IMG/VR virus record: IMGVR_UViG_2869271264_000002
Span: 6,179 to 70,178 of that record
Length of the DNA: 64,000 bases
Direction: 5' to 3' (one strand)
Origin: a virus
Lineage: Duplodnaviria; Caudoviricetes
A model generated the notes under the pieces. That model saw only the letters and a list, made by a program, of their open reading frames with translations. It was not told where the DNA came from and searched no databases. This document shows, one piece after another, positions 35,220 to 45,331 of this stretch. A program made the position numbers and the translations under genes. The first letter of the stretch is position 1. Each line of letters starts with the position of its first letter.

Positions 35220-36259
35220 CGTGCCTGCCTCAAAATATCTTCCGCCGCATTCGACATGCGCCTGGCGTCATCACGATCCACAACCTTGACCATCGGCAGT
35301 TCAAATCCCCACCGCGTCGCGAAGGCTGATCGCCCCATCATTTCCTCGAACACCGCCACAACATCGAGGGCTCGCCTGATTGCCTCATAGATGAAGGTCC
35401 GCGCCTGACTACTCGGCACCGTATCCCAGACGAATTCGTCCTGGTCGACGACCCGCTCGATCAACTGGAAGTCCCTGTCCGGCATCATGTCGCGGATCGC
35501 GCCGACCGCGTGAATGGCCTGCAGCCGATAGGCGGAGATTGCCAGCCGGCTGTTTGACCCGGTGCCAACGCGATCGAAGTCGACGCTACTCATGCCGCCG
35601 ACCCGACACCCATCCATGTAACCGCGCAGGATTCGGCCGGCTTCCTTCCGGCGTTCCTTGCTGGAGATTCCGGTCACCTTCTGGTCGACACGCCGCTCGA
35701 TCGGATCTGACAGCGTCCCGATGTCATGCAGATATTCGAGGGCCGATCCATGGAGGCCACGATTGACGGCTCCGCCCATCTCGCGCGCTGCCTGCTGCTC
35801 AACAGCGACCTTCTCCTGATGCCTGGCCTCCTGCTTGCGGCGCTGGATTTCCTTGCGGCCTTCCCGCGTCCTGCCGTCTGGCATGGGCGGCGGTGCCGGC
35901 TTCGTCGGCTTTGGCTTCATGTACGAAGCGAGTGAGCCGAGCACGGACGGCCCGGATTTCGGCGCCTCTTGGGCCTGAGACAGTTCGCACGCGACGAAAT
36001 ACTTGTCCGACAATCTTGCTTCATCGCACCGCACGCTCTTCAAATGATCCAATGCGGTCTGCCGCTCTTCCATCGTCAGTTCCTCGCGCGGCGTCGGTAG
36101 ATTGCGGTGCACGATGCCGCGAATACTCCCCTTTGATCGCCCACTCAGCATGGCAATCCTGCCGATCGACAAGCCGGACAGCCACAGGACAGAGATCGTG
36201 AATGTCACGATGCCCATTTCCTTCTTCTTGATCTTCTTGGCTTCCTTTTCCGAAATCAT
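35216..36259 (-). CDS. putative DNA-binding/late regulator protein
   Basis: N-terminal HTH-like LW.SGLS...IA..SG.S; position downstream of DnaB; function inferred. Confidence 0.5.
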   Translation of the reverse strand: MISEKEAKKIKKKEMGIVTFTISVLWLSGLSIGRIAMLSGRSKGSIRGIVHRNLPTPREELTMEERQTALDHLKSVRCDEARLSDKYFVACELSQAQEAPKSGPSVLGSLASYMKPKPTKPAPPPMPDGRTREGRKEIQRRKQEARHQEKVAVEQQAAREMGGAVNRGLHGSALEYLHDIGTLSDPIERRVDQKVTGISSKERRKEAGRILRGYMDGCRVGGMSSVDFDRVGTGSNSRLAISAYRLQAIHAVGAIRDMMPDRDFQLIERVVDQDEFVWDTVPSSQARTFIYEAIRRALDVVAVFEEMMGRSAFATRWGFELPMVKVVDRDDARRMSNAAEDILRQAR

Positions 36260-36260
36260 C

Positions 36261-37631
36261 TCAGCGCTCCACTTCCCGAAGTTGACCGCGACGGCCATCG
36301 AATTCGAACTCGGCAGTCTCGCCATCCTCACCGCGCCGCCGCTTGAGGCAGCGCGCCTCGATCCTGTTCTTCCAACGCTGCATCTGTTCTGCCCACTCCC
36401 TCCCGTCCTTGCTGTCCATTTCCTGCGGCCGCTGATTCTTCAGCCACCGGTCTCTTCTGAAAAGGGAAACACACCAGTCCGCATCTTGCTCAATGGAGCC
36501 GCCGCCATCCAGGTCGGTCAGATTGGGGAACGGATCATCTCGCCTCTGCGAGGATCTCGTTACCTGGGACAGCGCGATTACAGCAATTCCGAGATCCTTT
36601 GCAAGCGCCTTCAGATCACCGGTGACGAATTCGATCCGGTCGAACTTGTTCGCCGACTTGTTGAACGTCCTCACCAGCCTGATGTGGTCGACCACTGCAA
36701 ACCCGAGACCGTGCCGGCGCTTCATGGCCACACATCTATCCCGCATCTGCTCGATCGCAAGCTTCGGCCGATCGTCGATGACGATTCTGGTGCCTTTCAG
36801 TTTGTCCCTGGCGGATTTCAGATCCTCCAACGCGAAGGCGTCATAAGATCCCGCCTCGATTTCGGCCACCGGCACGTTGGTCTCGCCAGCCATGGCGCGA
36901 GCGGTCAGATCCTCGTCCTTCATCTCGAGCTCGAAGAAGATGCCTGGCGCGTAGTGCTGGGCGCGCATCGCCATCTGGAAGGCAAGCACGGTCTTGGCGT
37001 CGCCGGCGCGCGCTCCGATGAAGCCGAGGTCGCCGGCATGCACGCGGCCGATCAGTTGGTCGAGCGTCGGCAGCCCGGTGTCGAAGCCCGGAACGATGCC
37101 GGTTTCTTTCGTCTTCGACGATCTCGTCAGCACTTTGACGGCGATATCGCCAAGCCACTTCAGCGGCTCCGCCTGGCTGTTGACACTGATGTCCTTGATT
37201 TTCACTTCCATGTCAGACAGGAGGTCGGCTGGCATGACGTTCGGTTTCTTGGCCTCTTTCAGCCCATGCTCAAGGGTTTCGATGAGTTTTCTGTGCCGCC
37301 AATGGTCGATGATTCCTTCGACCTCATCGAGAGCCGATTCGTTGTTCTCTGCATCGCGCAGCAGCGCGGTGAGCAGTGACGATGTGGATTTGCCGTCTTC
37401 ATCGTATTCTGGCCCGAGCCGGCTTTCGAGTATCGCTAATGACATCCGCTTGCCTTCGGTGAGGACGTCGCGGACTGCCTGGTAGATTTGCCCATAGAAG
37501 GCGTTTGCAAAATGGAACGACTGGAGTGCGTCGGCGATTGACCAGAACGACGCCTCGGATTGCAGCACCTTTCCAAGCACCATGCGTTCGGCAACCAGAT
37601 TCTCAAGGTGCTGTGTTTGTGGCTTCGCCAT
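36261..37631 (-). CDS. dnaB: DnaB-like replicative helicase
   Basis: AERMVLG, GFDTG, Walker A ARAGDAKT, FELEM, VVDHI, LSQVTR, SIEQDAD, KRRRG. Confidence 0.9.
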   Translation of the reverse strand: MAKPQTQHLENLVAERMVLGKVLQSEASFWSIADALQSFHFANAFYGQIYQAVRDVLTEGKRMSLAILESRLGPEYDEDGKSTSSLLTALLRDAENNESALDEVEGIIDHWRHRKLIETLEHGLKEAKKPNVMPADLLSDMEVKIKDISVNSQAEPLKWLGDIAVKVLTRSSKTKETGIVPGFDTGLPTLDQLIGRVHAGDLGFIGARAGDAKTVLAFQMAMRAQHYAPGIFFELEMKDEDLTARAMAGETNVPVAEIEAGSYDAFALEDLKSARDKLKGTRIVIDDRPKLAIEQMRDRCVAMKRRHGLGFAVVDHIRLVRTFNKSANKFDRIEFVTGDLKALAKDLGIAVIALSQVTRSSQRRDDPFPNLTDLDGGGSIEQDADWCVSLFRRDRWLKNQRPQEMDSKDGREWAEQMQRWKNRIEARCLKRRRGEDGETAEFEFDGRRGQLREVER

Positions 37632-38799
37632 TCTTTTCGTCCTTCCGATTGCTTTTTTCAAACCGCTGTCTGGCGTTCCACAAGTCCAAGGCGTCGCCAT
37701 CACGGCACACATCATTTACGGCGCACTTGATCCCGACGGCCTTCATGCGCTTCTGCAGTTCCTCGGCGGCATGCTGCCCTGGCGGCGGCAATACGCGCCC
37801 CTGCGGACCGAGAACCGCCTTGTCGCCGTCCTTGAAGATGTTCAGCCGCTCCACGAACATCGGCGGTTCGAAGTTCTTCATGCCGCTGGTCGACATGAAC
37901 GACCACACGGGGCGCCGGCAGCCGTCGAGGAACCACGCCCCCAGCGCCGTCTCCATGCCCTCGGCGCCGTCTATGTGCGCGGCATCGCCGCCGAGTCGGA
38001 TAGCGCCGCCTGCGGTGGTCCCGCGGCCGATCTTAGGGCTCGGAGACAGATCGGCCTTCTCCGGCTTGTCGCGCTTCAGATAGACAATCCAGAGAGCGAC
38101 GTGGGAGTTGAAGGCATCGACCACCTTGCAGACGATTGCCGGGTAGTTGCCGACGTCCCGATCGGGTTCGAAGTCAAGCGCTGGATGAAAGCGGATTGCT
38201 TCATCGGGTTGCCACGGCCATTCGGAAATTGGCGGGATGCCGCGACCGATCAGGTATTGCTCTCCCATGGAGCCAGCGAGCGGCTTGGATTCCGCCCATA
38301 TTTCCTGAACGTTCAAAACCTTGGCTTGTCTCTTCCGCTCCGCTTCGGCCGCCCCCTTCTTGTTGCGCGCGTCTCGTTCTGCCTGTTCTTTGCTTCGGCG
38401 CTCTTCCCTAGCCGCCTTATCTTCTGGCGACTCCGTGCGCTCTTCAGCCATCCCAAGATGCTCGCGGGCGAATTGGAACGCCTCGCGAAAGTCATCCTTG
38501 CTGTTCGGGATGCGATCCGTATGGCCGTAGTATAGGAGGGCAAGCCCATAACCGCCAACGCTCTGCGAGAATCGAAACCACCTGCCCTTGTGTGAGCCGC
38601 TCAGTTCGACCTTAAAGGAACTCGTCAGCTTCCTTGTCTTGGCGGTCTTGCTTGTCGCAACTTTAATCTGCGGCGTCATTAGGCCAATGTCTTGGCCTTT
38701 CTCCTTGACCGGTTTCCAACCCGGCCAGAATTTGGAGCAAATCGATTCGACGTCTTCGTTGAGTCTGTCGGTTATCTCTCTGGCGTCATCCCTGCTCAT
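37603..38799 (-). CDS. phage primase (TOPRIM domain)
   Basis: YL.GRGI, FHPAL, GGAIRL, AEGMETALG, DGD, PPG, DALD. Confidence 0.85.
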   Translation of the reverse strand: MSRDDAREITDRLNEDVESICSKFWPGWKPVKEKGQDIGLMTPQIKVATSKTAKTRKLTSSFKVELSGSHKGRWFRFSQSVGGYGLALLYYGHTDRIPNSKDDFREAFQFAREHLGMAEERTESPEDKAAREERRSKEQAERDARNKKGAAEAERKRQAKVLNVQEIWAESKPLAGSMGEQYLIGRGIPPISEWPWQPDEAIRFHPALDFEPDRDVGNYPAIVCKVVDAFNSHVALWIVYLKRDKPEKADLSPSPKIGRGTTAGGAIRLGGDAAHIDGAEGMETALGAWFLDGCRRPVWSFMSTSGMKNFEPPMFVERLNIFKDGDKAVLGPQGRVLPPPGQHAAEELQKRMKAVGIKCAVNDVCRDGDALDLWNARQRFEKSNRKDEKNGEATNTAP

Positions 38800-39455
38800 G
38801 CCCGTCGCAACCTTTGGTCAACGACCATGCGCATGATCTTGCGCGGCTCTATACCCACCTCGCCGGCAATCTGCGATATCCACCGGCCCGCCCTGAACAG
38901 TACCGATACCCGGTCGCACAATGCGCTTTCCCCTAACGTCGGCGCCGGCGCTGGTTCCGGCTCTTCTGGCGGCAGGACGCCCGTTTCCAGAAAGTCTCTG
39001 CCCCGCGATACCCGGCTCTTGATTGTTCCGACGGCAACGCCGATCAGATCGGCGGCCCGTTCGTAGTCGTTGCCAAGGATGGCCACCAACTCGATCGCCC
39101 GCCGCTGTTCCGTCGGGAGAAGCCGCATGCGTCGCTGTGTGATCTTGAGATCGACTGCGAAAGGTTGACTCGCTTGCACCGACAGATTCTTGGCGAGCAT
39201 GTCGTCGGGGTCTTCGACCAATCTCGCCGACTTTCTCGCCTGGCTGATGTGTTCATTGCGAAGGATCGTGAAGAGCCACGCCTTCAGGTTCGTACCATCA
39301 TTGAATTGTTCCCACTTCTCCATTGCCTTGACGACGGCCTCCTGCACCAGGTCGTCCGCCCTCGCCGGATCGCGCGAAAGACTTATCGCAAAGCGCCGCA
39401 GTGCGGCGTAGGACGCCATGACATCCCGATCAAATGCGGCCGGACGCCCTGTCAT
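38796..39455 (-). CDS. ECF sigma factor, EcfG/RpoE2-like
   Basis: LRRFAISL..D...ADDLVQE, F..GTNLKAWLFTILRN, QRRAI.LV.I.G..YE.AA...G...GTIKSRVSRGR. Confidence 0.9.
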   Translation of the reverse strand: MTGRPAAFDRDVMASYAALRRFAISLSRDPARADDLVQEAVVKAMEKWEQFNDGTNLKAWLFTILRNEHISQARKSARLVEDPDDMLAKNLSVQASQPFAVDLKITQRRMRLLPTEQRRAIELVAILGNDYERAADLIGVAVGTIKSRVSRGRDFLETGVLPPEEPEPAPAPTLGESALCDRVSVLFRAGRWISQIAGEVGIEPRKIMRMVVDQRLRRA

Positions 39456-40297
39456 GCGCCGATCTCGTCATCGAGATAATCGAACAATCTGACAGCCAGT
39501 TCGGTGTGCGTCTGCCTCTTGTTCTTCCGAGCTAGGACGCTCGCCTGATCTAACTCCGGACCGTACTCGAATTGCCCCATGACTGAGATCAGCCGGTACT
39601 CAGGTTTGCACCACGACTTCTCGGCATCGAGCACATGGCAGAGCGCCTTGATGATCGGCGCCTTCACATGCCCGACGTTTCCATCCGGCTTTGACCTCGT
39701 GATTGCGCGCAGCGCAAGGCAGAGGTGATCCGCGCCATAGGTCTTCATGCATTCCTGAAGCGACCGGATGGCGATGGTGTCGCCGAGCTTCATGTTCTTG
39801 GATGGGACCGGGTATCGCAGGATGTTGACGTGTGCCTTTGCGCACGCATCGCGAAGCGCTATCGCGTCGGGTTTGTTTCCGGCGAGCTCCGCCGCGAATA
39901 TCGACAGCGGGTGGATGGCGGTCACGGCGCCGTTGATCGCGGCAAAGGCTTCCGCCTGCTTCTTGGGGTCAGCCTCGATGATGATGCACGGCACTTCGTC
40001 GATCGAGCGCAGAGCGGCAGCTATAACCCGATGCTGGCCGTCGACGATCGCAAACAATCCACCATCGATGTTCGCGACCACTACGACCCCGAACAGGGCC
40101 CAGTCAAACCCCTTCGCTATCTTGAGGACATTCTTGGCGCCGCCCTCGAAGATCTCGCGCTGATAGGCCGGGTCGATCCGCAGCGCGGAGATGGGAAGCC
40201 AGCAGAGCCCGGGCTTGATGCCGAGCGACGTCGTCAATGGTCGGCCGAACGCGGCCGCGAACGGCGTCGGGTCGATCGTCCTCACTTCGGAATTCAT
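39452..40297 (-). CDS. ParB-like N-terminal domain protein
   Basis: L.IDPAYQREI, FDWALFG, IVDGQHR..AA. Confidence 0.75.
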   Translation of the reverse strand: MNSEVRTIDPTPFAAAFGRPLTTSLGIKPGLCWLPISALRIDPAYQREIFEGGAKNVLKIAKGFDWALFGVVVVANIDGGLFAIVDGQHRVIAAALRSIDEVPCIIIEADPKKQAEAFAAINGAVTAIHPLSIFAAELAGNKPDAIALRDACAKAHVNILRYPVPSKNMKLGDTIAIRSLQECMKTYGADHLCLALRAITRSKPDGNVGHVKAPIIKALCHVLDAEKSWCKPEYRLISVMGQFEYGPELDQASVLARKNKRQTHTELAVRLFDYLDDEIGA

Positions 40298-40668
40298 TTC
40301 GTCCCTCTCGGCCGGCCGACCGGCTTTCCCGTCGGCTTCCACTTTTTCAGGCTATATTCCGACAGCCTCTCGGCGCCGGTCTGTTCCGCATGCCGCGCCA
40401 GTGAATAGAGGATGGTTGCGGGGTTCTTGTCGAACCACTTGCCGATCTGCGGCGACGACAGCGACGGCTTGTGGACCTTGATTTTGTAGATCGCCTCCCG
40501 GCGCGCCAGGCAGGCATTGTCGTTGCGAAAATCCATGAGGATGTTGTTCGCGACGACACCATGAGCAGCGGCGACATCCGCGATGATCTCGCGCGCCCAG
40601 ACTGGGATCCGCCGCGCCGACATGATATCGGACTCGAACAGTTTCTTCCTTGCCCTCACGGCGATCAT
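40294..40668 (-). CDS. DnaA domain IV-like HTH protein
   Basis: II..VAAAHGV....I....R....LARREAIY....LS.PQIG.WF.K...TILY.L. Confidence 0.75.
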   Translation of the reverse strand: MIAVRARKKLFESDIMSARRIPVWAREIIADVAAAHGVVANNILMDFRNDNACLARREAIYKIKVHKPSLSSPQIGKWFDKNPATILYSLARHAEQTGAERLSEYSLKKWKPTGKPVGRPRGTK

Positions 40669-42326
40669 GCCGACCTCTTCTGCAAGAACTGCTGAGCCAG
40701 AAGCTTGATGCGGGACTCGTCCGTATAGACCGGCCCGAGCACTGCCCCCGGATCATTGATGCCGCGCTGCTGGTCTTTCTTGATGGCGTTGACAGACATG
40801 AGAACCGGGTCCGAGCCATAGTTCACATAGGGGAACACGACCGTGATTTCGTCGGCCTTCTGTCCCGGCCGATCTATGCGGCCGATCAACTGAGGATCGA
40901 CAACCGCGTTCGACCAATCCATTTCACCAACGATCAAGGTCGAGCATCGCTTTTGCAGCCCATCCAGACCGGCGCCTGATCGAAGGGAAATGATCATCAG
41001 GTTCGTGTCACCGTTGATGAACGCGTTCTTCGTCCGATCCTTCTGCCTTGCCGACTCCGAGCCCGTGTAGAGCATCGGATTGAATTTCTTGAGCTGCTCA
41101 ATCCATTGCGAATAAACGTCCCTGTGCCATCCTGCCAGGATGATCGGGATGCCTTTTTCGAGATACATCTGAGCCAGAATTGCGACGCTCTTGGCTTTTG
41201 CCAGTCCGGTCTGGAGGCGGGCGAATGCATCCAGTTCACGCGCGGCGAGACCGGCTTCCACAAAGGAGCCGTTCATAACCTTGATGGCGAGCTTCTTGGC
41301 GAGTTCGGCGGCGTTGTCGGCGATCTCTTCGTCAAAATCGACTTCGATTGGAATGCGGTTGATCGGCCGACCTTGGCGAAGACGCCGCAGGAAGACGCCG
41401 CTCTCCCGGAGATACGATCCAAGCGCGTCAGGATCCTCCACCCGCCATTTGCCTCCAGATGCCATGACGCACCACTCGCGGACGAAGTCCTCCCATGGGC
41501 CGAGAACTTCCGGGTCGATGACGCTAAGGATATTCCACATTTCCGAGCCAAGATTGTAGACCGGTGAAGCGCTCAACCCGAGCCGGAGAGCGGCGTTCTG
41601 CGCCAGCACCAAAGCTGCCTTGCCCTTCTCCGCCTCAGTGCCGCGGCGAAGTTCCTGAATCTCATCGAAGACCACGGCCTTGAACATGCCGGTAGCGAAT
41701 ATGTCGGTCCAACCGGCGATGTTAGAATAGCGGAAAATGTATAGGTTCGCCGGCGGCAGGCTGTATGGCTTGGTCCCCTGGATGACGTGCGCGTTCATGT
41801 AAGTGAAGGGCTTTATGAATTCATTCACCCATTGACTTGGAAGGTGCGCCTGCACGACGATTGCCGCCGGCAGATATTGCGAGCCGGCCAGGCCGTCCAG
41901 TGCGGCTATGGTTTTTCCGAGACCGACGTCATCGCCGAGCAGCAAGCCCTTCCTGCGATGCCACATCTCGCTGGCTTGTTTCTGATAGTGGTAGGCCTCT
42001 TTCCCGGGCCGAAAGCCGTGGCGCGCCGGCGGCTGCCAGTCAGGGAGCATGATGGCTTCCGATGCAGCGCGATCATCATCGAAGAGAAGCTTGGTAGCCT
42101 CAAGCGCCTGCCGATCTTGAGCCGACATGACGAACGGAAAACGCTGTTGCATCCACAGGAGATCGGCGGCCATTTCCAAAGTGGCCGGCAGATCGAAGAC
42201 CTTCGTCTGGGTCTTCGGTATCCGGGGAAACATGTTCTTCAGCCGGATCGCCACATGCGGCGGGATATCGCTCAACACCCAGCGGTTGCCCTGCAGCGCT
42301 AGTTTGCCGTAGGTGGGCGCCGTCAT
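40665..42326 (-). CDS. SNF2-family helicase
   Basis: YQKQ, DDVGLGKT, FDEIQE, LSASPVYN, SGAGLDGLQ, Q.IGRIDRPGQ. Confidence 0.9.
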   Translation of the reverse strand: MTAPTYGKLALQGNRWVLSDIPPHVAIRLKNMFPRIPKTQTKVFDLPATLEMAADLLWMQQRFPFVMSAQDRQALEATKLLFDDDRAASEAIMLPDWQPPARHGFRPGKEAYHYQKQASEMWHRRKGLLLGDDVGLGKTIAALDGLAGSQYLPAAIVVQAHLPSQWVNEFIKPFTYMNAHVIQGTKPYSLPPANLYIFRYSNIAGWTDIFATGMFKAVVFDEIQELRRGTEAEKGKAALVLAQNAALRLGLSASPVYNLGSEMWNILSVIDPEVLGPWEDFVREWCVMASGGKWRVEDPDALGSYLRESGVFLRRLRQGRPINRIPIEVDFDEEIADNAAELAKKLAIKVMNGSFVEAGLAARELDAFARLQTGLAKAKSVAILAQMYLEKGIPIILAGWHRDVYSQWIEQLKKFNPMLYTGSESARQKDRTKNAFINGDTNLMIISLRSGAGLDGLQKRCSTLIVGEMDWSNAVVDPQLIGRIDRPGQKADEITVVFPYVNYGSDPVLMSVNAIKKDQQRGINDPGAVLGPVYTDESRIKLLAQQFLQKRSA

Positions 42327-43015
42327 ACCGCCACCAAATTGCGCCGGCGCTTGCTGGTGAGGATCACCCGCAGATCCTCAAGCGCCTTGGCCTCTATCTG
42401 CCGGATGCGCTCTTTCGATATCCCATGTTTGCGACCGAGTTCTTCCAGCGTCTCCGGCTCATCGAGCATGAGCCTCGCCTTGATGATCGCGGCTGATCGT
42501 GGCGACAGCTTCTTCAGCGCTTGCCGGATGATCCTTCTCTGCCGCTCGCCGTCGATGGTCGCTTCCACGATTGCATCCGGTAGATCACCGCCGTCGACAA
42601 GTCGGTCGGTCCAGGACTCGCCGTCTTCGAAGACCGGGGCATCCATGGACGTGTCAGAGGCTCGCCGGCCAGCAAAGAACGCCATCTTGTTCTTGCTCGA
42701 AGTCGAACCTCGGACCACCGAGAAGTTGGCGATCACGTACTCCTGCAGGGCGGAGATCACATACCAGCGCGCGAAGGTCGAAAAGCGGTTGCCGAGTTCC
42801 GGGTCGAAGCGTTTCAGGGCATTGAACAGCCCAAGCGACCCTTCCTGTATCATGTCGTCCATTGGCAGATTGAACTTCTGGAACTTCCACGCACGGCTCA
42901 CCACCATCGGACGATGCGCGGCGATGATCTGCCGCATCGCCGCCACGTCCCGGTGATCGCGCCAGCGGACGGCCAGCGCGTATTCATGCTCGCGGGTGAG
43001 GAATTCAGGCGCCAT
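42323..43015 (-). CDS. sigma70-family factor, RpoH (sigma32)-like
   Basis: FLTREHEYALA.RW, DMIQEG.LGL..A.KRFDPE.G.RFSTFA.W, RpoH-box-like segment, TLEELG...GISKERIRQIE. Confidence 0.9.
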   Translation of the reverse strand: MAPEFLTREHEYALAVRWRDHRDVAAMRQIIAAHRPMVVSRAWKFQKFNLPMDDMIQEGSLGLFNALKRFDPELGNRFSTFARWYVISALQEYVIANFSVVRGSTSSKNKMAFFAGRRASDTSMDAPVFEDGESWTDRLVDGGDLPDAIVEATIDGERQRRIIRQALKKLSPRSAAIIKARLMLDEPETLEELGRKHGISKERIRQIEAKALEDLRVILTSKRRRNLVAV

Positions 43016-43021
43016 TGATGA

Positions 43022-43240
43022 TTACGCGACCACCGGCCCACTCCAGCGGAGCACGCAACCATTCACGCCCGGCGCCGGAACGCAGTGAACGACTCCGACA
43101 GAGTCGGTCACGCGATGGGTTTCACCGCCGGGGCGGAATTGAACAGTCTTGGGACTCTCAATGCGGTACACGCGGCCGCCGAAGTCATATTCGCGCCAGT
43201 CTTCAACTCCCGCGACGTCCAGTTTCAATAAATCAGCCAT
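43022..43240 (-). CDS. hypothetical protein
   Basis: GGAG RBS; 72 aa. Confidence 0.6.
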   Translation of the reverse strand: MADLLKLDVAGVEDWREYDFGGRVYRIESPKTVQFRPGGETHRVTDSVGVVHCVPAPGVNGCVLRWSGPVVA

Positions 43241-43261
43241 TTTGATCTCCTTGGTTATCGT

Positions 43262-43780
43262 TCAGGATGCCAACCCAAACATGTCGTGCTGCATGCCGCG
43301 CGCTTTCTCCGGCGGAGGCATGCCTTCTGGCAGAAGTTGCAATGCGAGTAGTCCGCCCTTGGTCTCGCCGCACTCGGCAAAGCCGGCCTTGCGGAAGGTC
43401 CAGCCAAAGACCTCTTGGCCGCGGACGATTATCGGTCGGACCTTCTTTCGATCGATGAAGGTGACCATTCCCAAATCGGGGGGGGTACCGTAGTGAGCCC
43501 GGGTCGCCGCGACAGCCTCAACGATCATGTCGGAGGCGCGGCCGGCGCCCTCATTGCGAAAGGCCGAGCAAATCCATGCGCCCGCCCATGCGTGCTTCAC
43601 CCATTCGGCAAATGGCGCGCTGGTGACCCAGTAGGCCCGCCCAGTCTCTGTCAGCGCCTTGAACACGACACATGACCCAGTCGGCGCGAACTGCGGCGTG
43701 CCGGGTTTCTGCCGCGAATAATGCCTGTCGGCTATACGCGCCGAGAAGCGATCAGCACGATGGGAAAGCTGCCAGATCAA
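43262..43780 (-). CDS. conserved phage protein (GNAT-like fold suspected)
   Basis: DRHYSRQKPG..QF..G, W.CS.FRNEG, PG-like GW.FRKAGF; TTG start coupled to the upstream stop. Confidence 0.55.
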   Translation of the reverse strand: MIWQLSHRADRFSARIADRHYSRQKPGTPQFAPTGSCVVFKALTETGRAYWVTSAPFAEWVKHAWAGAWICSAFRNEGAGRASDMIVEAVAATRAHYGTPPDLGMVTFIDRKKVRPIIVRGQEVFGWTFRKAGFAECGETKGGLLALQLLPEGMPPPEKARGMQHDMFGLAS

Positions 43781-44094
43781 CGAGCGCCGACCTTTTGCTT
43801 CCCCGTCTCCGTTTTCAGCATGCGCGCCATCATCCAGACCGATCCGAATGTGGTCGAGGCGACATAAACGGTGCCGCCGACGGCTATCTGCCACCAATTG
43901 CCGGTTTCGACGGCGTGCCAGACCGTCGACCAGATGAACAACTGCGCCACAAACCAGACGCCGTTGGAGGCGATCGCCCATTTGAAATGGTGACGGACGT
44001 CACCGCTGTTCCTTGATCGGGAGACCGCTGTGAAGGCCGCGTTCTGCACGATCGAGACGCCGGCCAAGCCGAGCATCGTAAGCCAGAAATTCAT
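43777..44094 (-). CDS. membrane protein
   Basis: three hydrophobic segments. Confidence 0.65.
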   Translation of the reverse strand: MNFWLTMLGLAGVSIVQNAAFTAVSRSRNSGDVRHHFKWAIASNGVWFVAQLFIWSTVWHAVETGNWWQIAVGGTVYVASTTFGSVWMMARMLKTETGKQKVGAR

Positions 44095-44095
44095 G

Positions 44096-44980
44096 TCAGT
44101 TCTCCGTTACTGGTTCTTCTTCGGGTCCACAGTGGAGCCCGCATTCGACGTCGTATTCTTCGTCCGGCGAGTCATCGAAAAGATCGGGGGACCGATGCAC
44201 CTCATTGATGAGATCGATGACCCTGTCACGCGAGGAGAAAAAGCCCTCCTGCTCGACCTCCTGCTCATGCCACCACAGCGGCGCCGCCGGCTGCTCACGG
44301 ATGATGCGCTTGCGAAGCCCGCGTCCTTTCAGGAAGCAAAAATCGCAATTGCCCTCATAGTCGCGCAGGCCAAGGTCAAAACCCTGCGGCAGTGGGTGCG
44401 TGAGGTTCTTCGGATCTTTGTTGTCGCCGAGCCAGTAACTCATGACATCCGGCTTGCGCACCCGGGCTCGGGAGAGCGGGTAAGCGCATGTTCGGCCAGC
44501 CTTCTCGGCATTGGCCATACCCTTGATGATGCGATGGCCTTCGTCATAGCGCAGGCCTATCACCTCGCTGTAGTTCCCCGGCGCCCAGCCATATGTCTTG
44601 GCCAACGCGAACAGCGGCAGCAGTTTCAGATAGGTCGTGCACCACCGCTCCTGCCAATTCGGCAACCGTTGCTTTTTGGCGATGAGAGCTTTGAACGGCT
44701 CACCCTTGCGGGAAGCGCTGTTGTAGCCGACCTCCTCATACACACTGTCGCCCGGCCGCCACTCGAGCCAGTGGATCTTGACGCCGAAGCGGACGCTGCA
44801 CTCATGGACGTAGCGAAGCGTCTCCTCGCGCTCCTTGCCGGTGTTTGCAAAAGCGACGACCACATCGTCCGGAAGTTTGCCCCCGTGCGCGCGGACGATC
44901 TGGTCCAGCATGTAGCCGCTGGTGCGGCCACCAGAGAATGAGACCAGCGCCGGACCGGTGATGAGATATGGATTCGTCAT
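44096..44980 (-). CDS. PAPS-reductase-family (PP-loop) protein
   Basis: VSFSGGRTSGYML, FANTGKE, CT..LK, IGLRYDE, YPL, NCDFCF. Confidence 0.85.
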   Translation of the reverse strand: MTNPYLITGPALVSFSGGRTSGYMLDQIVRAHGGKLPDDVVVAFANTGKEREETLRYVHECSVRFGVKIHWLEWRPGDSVYEEVGYNSASRKGEPFKALIAKKQRLPNWQERWCTTYLKLLPLFALAKTYGWAPGNYSEVIGLRYDEGHRIIKGMANAEKAGRTCAYPLSRARVRKPDVMSYWLGDNKDPKNLTHPLPQGFDLGLRDYEGNCDFCFLKGRGLRKRIIREQPAAPLWWHEQEVEQEGFFSSRDRVIDLINEVHRSPDLFDDSPDEEYDVECGLHCGPEEEPVTEN

Positions 44981-45331
44981 CTACAGCCACGCCTTTGCAA
45001 GATTGTGGAAATAGACCGGCTTTCCATTGATCTCCGGCGGGAAGCCCATCGCGACGTTGCTGACGAGGATTAGTTCCTTGATGCTGTCGTGCTGCGCGTA
45101 TCGCTCCACCTGGTGGAAGATCGCGCGCTTGCCGCCCTTTATCTTGACCTCGATCCCGATCTCGCCACACATGAAGTCGATCACATCTTCCGGACTCAAC
45201 CTGACCTCCCGCTCATGGGGAATGTCAGCGAGGGTGAACTCGTCCGAGATTGCCGCCTGCAACCGCTTTTCGTCAGAGAGCGGCAAGCGGATGCCAGCGA
45301 GCAGGCCAATGATCTGCTGCACGGTCGTCAT
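44981..45331 (-). CDS. PD-(D/E)xK nuclease-like protein
   Basis: REVRL...IDF....IEVK...QV.RYA. Confidence 0.6.
   Translation of the reverse strand: MTTVQQIIGLLAGIRLPLSDEKRLQAAISDEFTLADIPHEREVRLSPEDVIDFMCGEIGIEVKIKGGKRAIFHQVERYAQHDSIKELILVSNVAMGFPPEINGKPVYFHNLAKAWL

Noticed and set aside
36102-38535. Long plus-strand ORFs (425 aa and 317 aa)
   Set aside because: GC-rich antisense shadows of DnaB and primase
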